Origin: an uncultured Clostridium sp.
GTDB taxonomy: Bacteria; Bacillota; Clostridia; TANB77; CAG-508
DNA: 57,301 nucleotides
NCBI GenBank assembly: GCA_947088765.1
Contig: CAMUHU010000001.1
Coordinates: 1-57,301, forward strand
Reading direction: 5' to 3'
Shown here: positions 9,997 through 19,327 of the stretch, in pieces
How the letters are laid out: every line of letters begins with the position of its first letter
How positions within the stretch are numbered: the first letter of the stretch is position 1
Notes under the pieces: model-generated
The model's input: the letters and a program-made list of their open reading frames with translations, nothing else
Told to the model about the DNA's origin: nothing
Databases searched by the model: none
Made by a program: the position numbers and the translations under genes

Positions 9997-10052
9997 AAAA
10001 AACGTAACTAAGATTTTGTATGCAGTGTAAACTGCTACGAAATCTTAGTTAC
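9997..10052 (-). terminator. intrinsic terminator of the L,D-transpeptidase gene
   Basis: Hairpin of about 20 bp, GTAACTAAGATTT...AAATCTTAGTTAC, followed by UUUUUU on the minus strand. Confidence 0.8.
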
Positions 10053-10076
10053 TCCATAATTTTCTTTTTCTATTTA

Positions 10077-11048
10077 CTAAATATTTTCTGACTTTGAATT
10101 CTTGTCTGAAGTTAATGGTAATGTTCCTGTTTCTGTTGTATCTCCTTCAGATGGTGCTCCAGTCTCTACATAAGTTCTCCATGGATTTTTAGGGTCTGGA
10201 TCTGTTGGATCCCATTTCTTTAATTTTTCATCATATGATGATATTTTCTTTGATGTTGGTTTTCCTAATGGTCCTGGGTCAGATGAATAATAGAATTCTA
10301 CTTGTGTACCTTTTGGGCAATTGTCATAGATCCATTTTGCATCTTCTACTGTAAGCCTTATACATCCTAATGATGCATCTGTTCCTAGTTTATCATATTC
10401 CCACCATTCTAGCGTGTCTTTTGCTCTTTTTTGGTATGGTACTGAATGAAATAAAATATGTCCTGTTATTCTAACTGCATATTGTCCATATACATCTCCT
10501 TGTAGTAATCTCCATGTATACATATCTGAGGTTCTATATACTCCTGATTTTGGTGTTGCTTCTCCTATTGAACATAACATTGCTTTTACAGGTACTGTAT
10601 ATTTTCCTTTTGAGTCTTTTGTGTATATAGTTACTACATTTTCTTTGTTATTTATTTTTATATAATATGTATTTTTGTCTTTTTTTGTAGTATCTATTTT
10701 GTTGTCATTGTCTTTATTATTCACATTTTCCTCCCCTTGCTCATTGCTATTTGGGTTATTATTTTCATTATTGGGGTTATTATCATTGTTGTTATTATTG
10801 TTTTCGCTATCTTTATTATTTTCGTCATCCTGCTTTTTATCATCTATTACAACTTTTATTATATTCTCTTCTTCTTTTTCCTTTTGAGCTATATTTTCTT
10901 TTATATTATTCTCAAAAACGTTGTTTTGTGAATTAGTGTCATTAAATACCACAGCATTTACAGCTATGATTAAAAGAATTACTATTAGTAGCAATATCAT
11001 TAATAGTAGTAATAATTTAGCTTCTTTTTTTAATTTTCGCTTTTTCAT
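10077..11048 (-). CDS. L,D-transpeptidase (YkuD domain) with Asn/Asp-rich linker
   Basis: N-terminal TM, a low-complexity N/D/E linker, and a C-terminal HSVPY...GCIRL catalytic motif. Confidence 0.8.
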   Translation of the reverse strand: MKKRKLKKEAKLLLLLMILLLIVILLIIAVNAVVFNDTNSQNNVFENNIKENIAQKEKEEENIIKVVIDDKKQDDENNKDSENNNNNNDNNPNNENNNPNSNEQGEENVNNKDNDNKIDTTKKDKNTYYIKINNKENVVTIYTKDSKGKYTVPVKAMLCSIGEATPKSGVYRTSDMYTWRLLQGDVYGQYAVRITGHILFHSVPYQKRAKDTLEWWEYDKLGTDASLGCIRLTVEDAKWIYDNCPKGTQVEFYYSSDPGPLGKPTSKKISSYDEKLKKWDPTDPDPKNPWRTYVETGAPSEGDTTETGTLPLTSDKNSKSENI

Positions 11049-11129
11049 TTTTTATATCATTTCCTTCCTTAAAAGTCGAAATTTTGGGAAAGATTATTTG
11101 GGTTGTTATTAACATATGTATTTCACTCT

Positions 11130-11318
11130 TTAGCATATATATATTGCAATTCCTCCCATTATAGCTATTATGAAACCTGATACCCTTAATATCATCGCTG
11201 AACTGTTTTTGTCGGAATCACTGAAAAATCTTTTTGATAGGTCTCTTGCATCACATATACTTATTACTCCTATTGCTACTATTATTAATCCTATTATTTT
11301 TACAATTAATGCTCCCAT
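11130..11318 (-). CDS. small membrane protein (2 TM)
   Basis: 62-aa ORF with two hydrophobic helices. No family recognised. Confidence 0.45.
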   Translation of the reverse strand: MGALIVKIIGLIIVAIGVISICDARDLSKRFFSDSDKNSSAMILRVSGFIIAIMGGIAIYIC

Positions 11319-11380
11319 TACAATATTCTCCTTGTTTTTTATATTATGATAAATTTGTTTTAAATATTTATGGAAATTCC

Positions 11381-11414
11381 TTCGAAGAACGGGCGATTAC
11401 TAATCGCCCCTACA
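11381..11414 (-). repeat. REP-like hairpin (CGATTA subfamily) overlapping the tex stop codon
   Basis: Plus strand TTCGAAGAACGGGCGATTActaATCGCCCCTACA. The TAG of the GTAG head is the tex stop codon (11410-11412). Confidence 0.8.
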
Positions 11415-13560
11415 GCTTCATGCTTAATGATATTTTCTGTCTATCTTTGTCTATTTTTATGACTTTTACTTTTACTATGTCTCCTACTGATACTATGTCT
11501 GATGGATTTTTTATATAACTATTACTCATTTCTGATATGTGTACTAGTCCATCATGTTTTACTCCTATGTCTATAAATGCTCCAAAGTCTATTACGTTTC
11601 TTACTGTTCCTGTTAGTACCATTCCTTCTGTTAAGTCTTCTAGTTTTAATACATCACTTCTTAGTATTGGTTTTGGCATTTCTTCTCTTGGGTCTCTTCC
11701 TGGTTTTGTTAGTTCTTCTATTATGTCTTGTAGTGTCATTTCTCCTATTTCTAATTCTTTTGCTGTTTCTTTTATGTTTATGTATTTTAGTTTTTCTTTT
11801 AATTCTTTTAGTTTGTCTTTGTTTCTTAAGTCTTCTTTTTCAAATCCTGCTTTGTTTAATAGTTTTTCTGTTTGCTCATAGTTGTCTGGATGTACTGCTG
11901 TTATGTCTAGTGCATTGTCTCCGTCTGATATTCTTAAAAATCCTGAACATTGCTCATATGCTACATTTCCTAGTTTTGGTACTTTTAGTAATTGCTTTCT
12001 GTTTTTGAATTTTCCGTTTTCGTCTCTATATTTTACTATGTTTTTTGCAATTCCTGAGTTTACTCCTGATACATATGATAGTAGTGATGGTGTTGCTATA
12101 TTTACGTCTACTCCAACTTTATTTACTGCGTCTTCTACTACTCCTGTTAGACTTTCGTTTAATGTTTTTTGGTTTACATCGTGTTGATATTGCCCTACTC
12201 CAATGGCTTTTGGGTCTATTTTTACAAGTTCTGCTAATGGGTCTTGTAATCTTCTTGCAATTGATATTGCTCCTCTTATTGAAACATTTATGTCTGGATA
12301 TTCTTCTGTTGCTAGTTTTGATGCTGAATAAACTGATGCTCCTGCTTCACTAACTATTGCATAATGTACTTCTCTATCTACTTCTTTTATCATGTCTGCT
12401 ACAAACATTTCTGATTCTCGTGATGCTGTTCCATTTCCAATGGCTATCATATCTATTTCATCTTTTTTTATTAGTTTTATTAGTTTTTCTTTTGCCCCTT
12501 CTACATCATTTTGTGGTGCTGTTGGATATACTGTTTCTGTATCTAATACTTTTCCTGTTTCGTCTATTACTGCTATTTTACAACCTGTTCTATATGCTGG
12601 GTCAAATCCCATAACTGTTTTTCCTTTTATTGGTGCTCCTAATAATAGTTGTTTTGCATTTTTTCCAAATACTTTTATTGCTTTGTCATCTGCTTTTTCT
12701 GTTAAATCACTTCTTATTTCTCTTTCTATTGATGGTTCTATTAGTCTTTTAAATGCATCTAATATGGTTGCTTTTAACATTTCTTCAAATTGTGTTTTTC
12801 CTTTTATAATGTCTCTTTCTATATATGCTATTATTTTATCTTCTGGCTTTTCTATTTTTACTTTTATTGCTTCTTCTTTTTCTCCTCTATTTATTGCTAG
12901 TATTCTATGACTTGGTATTTGATTGATTTTTTCTTTATAGTCATAATACATCTCATAATTTGTTTGTTCATCTTCTTTTGATGCTTTTGTTACTATATAG
13001 CCTTCTCTATAACAATATCCTTTTATCTTTTTTCTATATCTTGCATCATCTGATATGTTTTCTGCTATTATGTCTAATGCTCCTGCTATTGCTTCTTCTA
13101 TTGAGTTTACTCCTTTTTCTTCGTCTATATATTGTTCTGCAATTTTATTTATGTCTTCTGTTTCTTCTTGTGTATAGATTATTATACTTAATGGTTCTAA
13201 TCCTTTTGCTTTTGCAACTGTTGCTCTTGTTTTTTTCTTTTGCTTATATGGTCTATAAATATCTTCTACCTCTGCTAATGTAATTGCATTTTCTATTGCT
13301 GTTTCTAGTTCCTCTGTCATTTTTCCTTGTTCTTCAATAGATTTTTTTACTTCTTCTTTTCTGGTTTCTAGGTTTCTTAAATATGTAAGTCTTTCATTTA
13401 AGTTTCTTAAAGTTTCATCACTTAAACCACCTGTGACCTCTTTTCTATATCTCGCTATAAATGGTATTGTGTTTCCTTCGTCTATTAATTTTATTGTATT
13501 TTCTACTTGTGTATTTTTAATTTGTAATTCGTTTGCTATTGTTTGTATTATTTTTTCCAT
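11410..13560 (-). CDS. tex: Tex-like transcription accessory protein with S1 RNA-binding domain
   Basis: 716 aa with a Tex N-terminal region, YqgF-like and HhH regions and a C-terminal S1 domain (GTVRNVIDFGAFIDIG). Confidence 0.9.
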   Translation of the reverse strand: MEKIIQTIANELQIKNTQVENTIKLIDEGNTIPFIARYRKEVTGGLSDETLRNLNERLTYLRNLETRKEEVKKSIEEQGKMTEELETAIENAITLAEVEDIYRPYKQKKKTRATVAKAKGLEPLSIIIYTQEETEDINKIAEQYIDEEKGVNSIEEAIAGALDIIAENISDDARYRKKIKGYCYREGYIVTKASKEDEQTNYEMYYDYKEKINQIPSHRILAINRGEKEEAIKVKIEKPEDKIIAYIERDIIKGKTQFEEMLKATILDAFKRLIEPSIEREIRSDLTEKADDKAIKVFGKNAKQLLLGAPIKGKTVMGFDPAYRTGCKIAVIDETGKVLDTETVYPTAPQNDVEGAKEKLIKLIKKDEIDMIAIGNGTASRESEMFVADMIKEVDREVHYAIVSEAGASVYSASKLATEEYPDINVSIRGAISIARRLQDPLAELVKIDPKAIGVGQYQHDVNQKTLNESLTGVVEDAVNKVGVDVNIATPSLLSYVSGVNSGIAKNIVKYRDENGKFKNRKQLLKVPKLGNVAYEQCSGFLRISDGDNALDITAVHPDNYEQTEKLLNKAGFEKEDLRNKDKLKELKEKLKYINIKETAKELEIGEMTLQDIIEELTKPGRDPREEMPKPILRSDVLKLEDLTEGMVLTGTVRNVIDFGAFIDIGVKHDGLVHISEMSNSYIKNPSDIVSVGDIVKVKVIKIDKDRQKISLSMKL

Positions 13561-13718
13561 TCGTTTATCCCTCTCTTTTGAATATTTTTGTTTAATCTTC
13601 CTTAAAAATGTCTCTTTCTGAAAAGCAAGTAATCTGTATGACTCATAAAGCCAATTTTTGAATAATTTGAAACTGTGTCATTTTCATAAAAGCAATCACA
13701 TAAATAATAATTTATCAT

Positions 13719-15476
13719 TTAATCTAAATATTTCTTTATTTCGTTAATTATATTTTGAACCGATATTCCATTTTTCTTTAGCAATTCTTCAGGTTTAAAG
13801 TACGAATGGAATTCTTTAGATATTCCGTAATTTTTTACCAGCATATTACTTGTTCCATAGAATGATGCAATTGTTTGTCCATAACCTCCTATTAATTCCC
13901 CATCTTCTAAAGTAATAATTAATTTATGATTCTGTTTTAATGAATTCAGTAATTCTTCATCTAATCCAGTTAAAAATCGTGGATTAATTACTGTAATGTC
14001 TAAGCCTAATTCTTCTTTTACTTTTTTAGCCACTTCTATCGCTATAGGAAGTATTGGACCTACTGCAAAAATTGCAACAGTATTTCCACTTAATTCCACT
14101 TTATTTTTATTATATATAGAATAATCTGTGTTATCCTCTATCCCAGTAGAAATAAAGTTTTCTAGCACTCTTATTCCTATTGGGTGTTTTTTCTGAGTTG
14201 TTGCAAATTTGAACATTTGATTATATTCTTCTTTAGTTGTTGGTGCTAAATATATGAAATTTGGGATATGTGCAAACATTTGAATATCACATAAAGCAAT
14301 ATGCGTATTTGAATTTGGTCCATATACTCCTGGATGTAAAACTAACATTGTTGCAGGATTATCATTTAAGCATAAATCGTGAGACATTTGGTCGTAAGTT
14401 CTTTGAAAAAATGGTGCAAATGCTCCAAATACTGCTGTCCCACCATTTTTTGCAATGCCACTTGCCATTGCAACTGCATTTTCTTCTGCTATTCCTACAT
14501 CTACAAATTGACCTCTTTTTGCATATTCTTCACGCACACCTTTAACAAATCCTAATCCAGCTGGTGTAGCTGCACTTATTACAACTGCCTTTTCATTTGT
14601 ATCTAATAGTTTTTTTAAACTATCAAAAAGCGTTGTATCCTCTTTTACATCTAGTTCATTTTTTGAACTTCCATCTTCTATATTAAATGGTCCTCCTGAA
14701 TGCCATGATTCCCTGTTTTCTTCTGCATATTTTAATCCTTTTCCTTTTATTGTATGAATATGAAGAACTATTGGATGGTCTATATTTCTAACACTTTCAA
14801 ATAATTCTACTAATGATTTTATGTCATGTCCATTTTCTAAATATTTATAATCTAAGCCAAATGCTCTAAACATATTATTATAAAATGTTCCATTTGATTC
14901 TCTTAGCTCTTTTAAGTTCTTATATATTCCTCCATGATTTTCTGCAATACATTGTTCATTGTCATTTATAATAATTATTAGATTGTGATTATATTCTCCT
15001 GCATAATCTAGTCCCTCTAGTGCCTCTCCTCCTGAAAGAGAACCATCTCCAATAATTGCTATAATGTTTTCATTTTTTTTACTTACATCTCTTCCTTTTG
15101 CTAATCCTAAAGCTAAAGATATAGAAGTTGATGTATGTCCTATTGTAAACATATCATGTTCACTTTCTAATGGATTAGTATATCCTGTAACATCTCCAAA
15201 GTGTTCTGCATTTGTATATGCTTCTTTTCGCCCCGTTAATATTTTGTGTGGGTAGCATTGATGTGATACATCAAATACAAATTTATCTTTTGGTGAGTTA
15301 AAAACATAGTGCATTGCAACAGTAACTTCAACTATTCCAAGATTTGGTCCACTATGGCCTCCTACATTACTTATTCTATTAATTAATGCTTTTCTTGTTT
15401 CATTTGCCAATTCTTCTAATTCTTCTACCTTTAATTTCTTAATGTCCTCTGGACCATTTATTTTTTCTAAATACAT
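13719..15476 (-). CDS. dxs: 1-deoxy-D-xylulose-5-phosphate synthase family protein
   Basis: N-terminus LEKINGPEDIKKL...GGHSGPNLG...HQCYPHKILTGR matches the DXS pattern, followed by TPP and transketolase-like domains. Start set at ATG 15476, downstream of a GGGAGGA RBS. Confidence 0.7.
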   Translation of the reverse strand: MYLEKINGPEDIKKLKVEELEELANETRKALINRISNVGGHSGPNLGIVEVTVAMHYVFNSPKDKFVFDVSHQCYPHKILTGRKEAYTNAEHFGDVTGYTNPLESEHDMFTIGHTSTSISLALGLAKGRDVSKKNENIIAIIGDGSLSGGEALEGLDYAGEYNHNLIIIINDNEQCIAENHGGIYKNLKELRESNGTFYNNMFRAFGLDYKYLENGHDIKSLVELFESVRNIDHPIVLHIHTIKGKGLKYAEENRESWHSGGPFNIEDGSSKNELDVKEDTTLFDSLKKLLDTNEKAVVISAATPAGLGFVKGVREEYAKRGQFVDVGIAEENAVAMASGIAKNGGTAVFGAFAPFFQRTYDQMSHDLCLNDNPATMLVLHPGVYGPNSNTHIALCDIQMFAHIPNFIYLAPTTKEEYNQMFKFATTQKKHPIGIRVLENFISTGIEDNTDYSIYNKNKVELSGNTVAIFAVGPILPIAIEVAKKVKEELGLDITVINPRFLTGLDEELLNSLKQNHKLIITLEDGELIGGYGQTIASFYGTSNMLVKNYGISKEFHSYFKPEELLKKNGISVQNIINEIKKYLD

Positions 15477-15549
15477 TTTTATTCCTCCCATCTAAATTCA
15501 TTCCCAAACCATGCTTAGCATACCTATTCCATTTCTTAATTTTATATTT

Positions 15550-16743
15550 TTACTCTCCTACTAAACTTTCTTTATAAATCTCTATTAATTTATCTATGAA
15601 TAAGTCTTGTCTATAGTTATTTTTAGCATATTCAGCTAAATACTTAGAATCAAATTTAACTTCATCATTTAATATTTTAGAAATAGCATTTTCTAATTCT
15701 AAAGTATCTTCTTCTTTTATCAAGATACCGCCTTTATTATTTACAAAATTTGGTAATTCCCCCTTATTTGTAGCTACAACAGGTGTACCACATGCAATTG
15801 CTTCTAATGCAACTAACCCAAATGCCTCTTTTCTTGATGGTACAGCACAAACATCTGAAATATTATATATCTTTCTTAAGGTATCGTGATTTTGATTTCC
15901 TAAAAAAACTACATTTTTTAATTCTAATCCTTCTGCCATTTTTTTAAGATTATTTAGTTCTTCCCCATCACCTACAATTAAAGTTAATATATTTTCTTTT
16001 TCATAATTTTTAGCAGACTGTAATAATAAGTCCACACCTTTATTTTTCGCTAATCTTCCTGCAAAACATACTATTTTATCATATTTTTTGAATATTTGAA
16101 ATTCTTTCAATACTTCTTCTTTACTATAATCTTCTTTATAAAATATTTTCTCATCATATCCATTTAATATAGTAACTACTTTTTCATTATTTTCTTTAAA
16201 TATACTATTAATAATTTGTTTACTATTATTTGATATCGCAATTATTCTTTTACATCTATCTGTTACTTCATACATAATTTTATGAAATTTTGGCCAAACT
16301 TCATATCCCATAAGATCAGAGCCATGACAAGTTATTACAACTGGAATATTATAATCTAATGCTACATTTGATATAATCCATATATGTTGTGCATGTATAA
16401 CATCTGGCTTAAATTCTAATATTTCTTCTTCTATTGCTTTTCTAAAAGCATCTCTATATTGTTGTAATTGTAAATCTGTCATATCACCAAATAATAAACT
16501 ACTTCTAGGATGTGGATCAATGCAACCGAAATTAAAATCTAATTGTCCTTCAATTTCCTCTTTGTATTTAAAAAATACTGGATGTAATTTTATACCTTTT
16601 AAATCTGAAAAATAACTTGTATTTTCTGGACTTATAATACAAGTTTCATGTCCCCTTTTTTTTAAGCTTTTTGCAATATTTGCAACATAAACTCCACTTC
16701 CTGAACCTTGAAGCGGAAAATGATTTATTAATAAAATTTTCAT
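15550..16743 (-). CDS. glycosyltransferase family 4
   Basis: 397 aa with an N-terminal GSGSGVY motif and a C-terminal GT1/GT4 fold motif (EAFGLVALEAIACGTPVV). Confidence 0.8.
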   Translation of the reverse strand: MKILLINHFPLQGSGSGVYVANIAKSLKKRGHETCIISPENTSYFSDLKGIKLHPVFFKYKEEIEGQLDFNFGCIDPHPRSSLLFGDMTDLQLQQYRDAFRKAIEEEILEFKPDVIHAQHIWIISNVALDYNIPVVITCHGSDLMGYEVWPKFHKIMYEVTDRCKRIIAISNNSKQIINSIFKENNEKVVTILNGYDEKIFYKEDYSKEEVLKEFQIFKKYDKIVCFAGRLAKNKGVDLLLQSAKNYEKENILTLIVGDGEELNNLKKMAEGLELKNVVFLGNQNHDTLRKIYNISDVCAVPSRKEAFGLVALEAIACGTPVVATNKGELPNFVNNKGGILIKEEDTLELENAISKILNDEVKFDSKYLAEYAKNNYRQDLFIDKLIEIYKESLVGE

Positions 16744-16841
16744 TTTTGCACCTTTTCCTTTTATTTATAATTCAATATCGTATTTATTTTATCATATTTT
16801 GACAGATTTAGTCAATGGCTATATTTAACCATATTTTTATA

Positions 16842-16887
16842 CAAAAATTCCTTAGGATAATAGATTGTTTAATATACTCCTAAGGAA
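16842..16887 (-). terminator. intrinsic terminator of the DUF218 gene
   Basis: TTCCTTAGGA / TCCTAAGGAA stem followed by TTTTTG on the minus strand. Confidence 0.75.
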
Positions 16888-16913
16888 TTAATTTATATTT
16901 CTAATTATTTACT

Positions 16914-17945
16914 TTATCTACTCATCTCTCTATCTATAGTTGCTATCTCTGGTTCATCAATTTCACCTCTAATGAAAACATTTCTATTATACCCAATTTC
17001 CTCTCTAAGCATTTGTGTTAATTTTGGTTCAGTACAATATATCCTTTTTAATTCATGCTTAAATGCTATTTCATTGAATTTTGGAGCATTTAAAATAGCT
17101 TTTAGACTATCATATTGTTCTAAGTCCAGTGTAGAAGGACACCATGTTAATTTAATTTTATCTCCAAATACTTTCTTAAACTGTCTTGTTGCCCTACTAC
17201 CATGAGTACATGTTGTTACAAGTATTGCTGTCTTAATCTGTAAACCTGTTTCTATTTCTTCTGAATCAAAAATATTCTTACAAAATTCGGCATTCTCTTG
17301 TGTAGTTGTTGACATTGCTTCTGTTAGAATATCTTCTGGATTTATTCCTACATCTTCTAAAAATTCGTCTGTTAACTTTTTTGTATGTTCTTGATAATCT
17401 TCATCATATTGTTCTTTAATAAGTGTTTCTGCTCCCCAATCTGCTTCTGTACGGTCATTCCATTCCTGTCCTTCTATCAATTCATTGTTCATATAGTCCT
17501 CTAGTGATTTAGGATGCATAATAGCTTTTTTATCCCTATCTTTACCTATACCCCCTGTAAATATTATTTTTTTGACAATCCCTAATTTATATAATTCAAA
17601 TGCTTTTATGGCTCTTTCTCTAGTAGTTGGTAACCCAATATTTCCTAAAACTATAGCTATATCTGCTTTATTTTCACTTGCATTTTCATCTTTTGCTAAA
17701 TCTGTTATATTATTTCCTATTACAAAATCAAAAAGTTCTTCTGGTGTTAATTCATTACCATCTGGAGTTTTAATACTCTTTATATCTTTTGAATTATCTA
17801 TCCATGTCAAATGCCTTGTTACTGTATCTCCGTTTTTAATTTCCTTTATTTTCTTATCTTTGTCTGCTTTAAGTCTTTCTTCATCTATATAATTTGGATC
17901 TTCATTGTCAATTATTAATTGTGATAGTTTGTATGTTTTTTGCAT
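16914..17945 (-). CDS. DUF218 (YdcF/SanA-like) domain protein
   Basis: 343 aa. The central IAIVLGN...IIFTGGIG segment is typical of DUF218. Confidence 0.55.
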   Translation of the reverse strand: MQKTYKLSQLIIDNEDPNYIDEERLKADKDKKIKEIKNGDTVTRHLTWIDNSKDIKSIKTPDGNELTPEELFDFVIGNNITDLAKDENASENKADIAIVLGNIGLPTTRERAIKAFELYKLGIVKKIIFTGGIGKDRDKKAIMHPKSLEDYMNNELIEGQEWNDRTEADWGAETLIKEQYDEDYQEHTKKLTDEFLEDVGINPEDILTEAMSTTTQENAEFCKNIFDSEEIETGLQIKTAILVTTCTHGSRATRQFKKVFGDKIKLTWCPSTLDLEQYDSLKAILNAPKFNEIAFKHELKRIYCTEPKLTQMLREEIGYNRNVFIRGEIDEPEIATIDREMSR

Positions 17946-18127
17946 TATATCTTCCTCCTTTTATTAATTTATCTTTCACTATTGTTTTTATTATAACATA
18001 TAACATCAAAATTGCAATATATTTTTGTCACCTAAACTGTAACAGGTTACTGTATAATGGTTTTATTATATAAATTTGTGTTTGTGGGGAGGATGAATTT
18101 TTAGGTGAATTTAAAATTGTAGAGAGA

Positions 18128-18156
18128 TGTAGGGGCGATTAGCAATCGCCCGTTCT
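18128..18156 (+). repeat. REP-like hairpin (CGATTA subfamily)
   Basis: TGTAGGGGCGATTagcAATCGCCCGTTCT. Confidence 0.8.
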
Positions 18157-18193
18157 AACAAAGGCTTGCTAAAAAACTTATATTCTTAAGCAT

Positions 18194-18231
18194 GTTCTTC
18201 GAAGGGCGGGCGATTAATAATCGCCCCTACA
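18194..18231 (-). repeat. REP-like hairpin (CGATTA subfamily)
   Basis: Plus strand GTTCTTCGAAGGGCGGGCGATTAataATCGCCCCTACA, inverted relative to the copy at 18128. Confidence 0.8.
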
Positions 18232-18327
18232 ACGTATATTTATAATTTTGTATAAATTTAAAAACATATAATCATCCCCACAACCCCCAATTTATGTAAT
18301 TAGCCCCATTATCTAGTAACTGTAACA

Positions 18328-18342
18328 GGGATGCCCCTACAT
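18328..18342 (-). repeat. degenerate REP-like half element
   Basis: Plus strand GGGATGCCCCTACAT. Only the head and one arm are recognisable. Confidence 0.3.
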
Positions 18343-18456
18343 TTATGCAATATTTTATAATTAACAAATTTTATCATACCAACAACTCCCAATTTAGGTA
18401 TATCCCAATTTCCATATGTTGTAGAATAATATCAAAGACACGATTTACTCGTGTCC

Positions 18457-19134
18457 TTATTTACAAAATCTATGATTTCCTATTGTTACAGTCATTGGTC
18501 TTGACCATATCCAAGCACTTGTTGCTGTGTTTGGATTAAAGTAATATATTGCTCCATATGATGGATCCCATCCATTTAGTGCGTCTTGTGCTGCTTTTCT
18601 TGCTGTTGAGTCTGGTGTTAAGTTTATTTGTCCATCACTTACTGCATCAAATGCTCCTCTTTCATATATTACTCCTGATATTGTATTTGGAAAAGATGAG
18701 CTTCTTACTCTATTTAGTACTACCGCTGCTACTGCTACTTGTCCTGTATATGTTTCTCCTCTTGCTTCTGAATATACTAGTCTACTTAATAGGTTTAGAT
18801 TATTGTTGCTTGAGGTTGAACTTCCTCCTCCACTTGATGAACTACTCATTATTCCCATTGCATTTAACGTTTTGGTTCCTGCTATTCCATCTACGGTAAG
18901 TCCATTTGACCTTTGGAAATACTTTACTGCTGCTAGTGTTTGGCTTCCATATATTCCATCTACATTTCCATTATAATATCCCCATCTCTTTAGTTTTGTT
19001 TGTATTTGACTTACTTCTGTTCCTCTTGAACCATATCTTGATAATGCTATACTATTTGTTTCAAATACTATTAATATTAAAGTTATTACTAATACAATTA
19101 GAAGTATTATTGATTTATTTCTTCTCAGTTTCAT
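18457..19134 (-). CDS. sleB: SleB-type spore cortex-lytic cell wall hydrolase
   Basis: Signal/TM segment, a peptidoglycan-binding repeat (GSRGTEVSQIQTKLKRWGYYNGNVDGIYG...) and a C-terminal Hydrolase_2 region (VYSEARGE...AVAAVVLNR). Confidence 0.8.
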   Translation of the reverse strand: MKLRRNKSIILLIVLVITLILIVFETNSIALSRYGSRGTEVSQIQTKLKRWGYYNGNVDGIYGSQTLAAVKYFQRSNGLTVDGIAGTKTLNAMGIMSSSSSGGGSSTSSNNNLNLLSRLVYSEARGETYTGQVAVAAVVLNRVRSSSFPNTISGVIYERGAFDAVSDGQINLTPDSTARKAAQDALNGWDPSYGAIYYFNPNTATSAWIWSRPMTVTIGNHRFCK

Positions 19135-19158
19135 ATTTGTCTCCTTTTATATTAAAAT

Positions 19159-19210
19159 AAAAAAACGAATTTTAAGAATTGCTAAGCGGTAGGAACCGCA
19201 AAGCAATTCT
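19159..19210 (-). terminator. compound hairpin plus U-tract immediately upstream of the sleB RBS
   Basis: AGAATTGC-GCGGT-ACCGC-GCAATTCT, then TAAAATTCGTTTTTTT on the minus strand. Confidence 0.55.
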
Positions 19211-19270
19211 AATAATCCGCATAATTATCTTCTATGGAAATTTATCATACTATGATAAATTTCCTAGAAT

Positions 19271-19318
19271 ATAAATAACCTTATTTAGATTTATTTTTTT
19301 CCAAATAAGGTTTTTTTA
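19271..19318 (-). terminator. fhs terminator (bidirectional-looking)
   Basis: AACCTTATTT...AAATAAGGTT hairpin flanked by an A-run and a T-run. Confidence 0.6.
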
Positions 19319-19327
19319 TTCATTTTT

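Larger units (their letters stand above)
18046..18320 (+). mobile_element. same MITE family carrying a 213-bp nested palindromic cargo
   Basis: Same TIRs and sub-terminal sequence as 25393-25457. It is flanked by direct TGTAACAG (18038-18045 and 18321-18328). The interior has its own inverted ends (GTGGGGAGGATGA / TCATCCCCAC) and two inverted REP-like hairpins. Confidence 0.75.

Noticed and set aside
11537-13283. Many plus-strand ORFs (85-172 aa, Leu/Phe/Ser-rich) across tex. Similar sets lie opposite fhs, infB, gltX, rnj, dxs and the ABC permeases.
   Set aside because: They are antisense shadows of strongly supported minus-strand genes in AT-rich DNA. They have low-complexity composition and no RBS.
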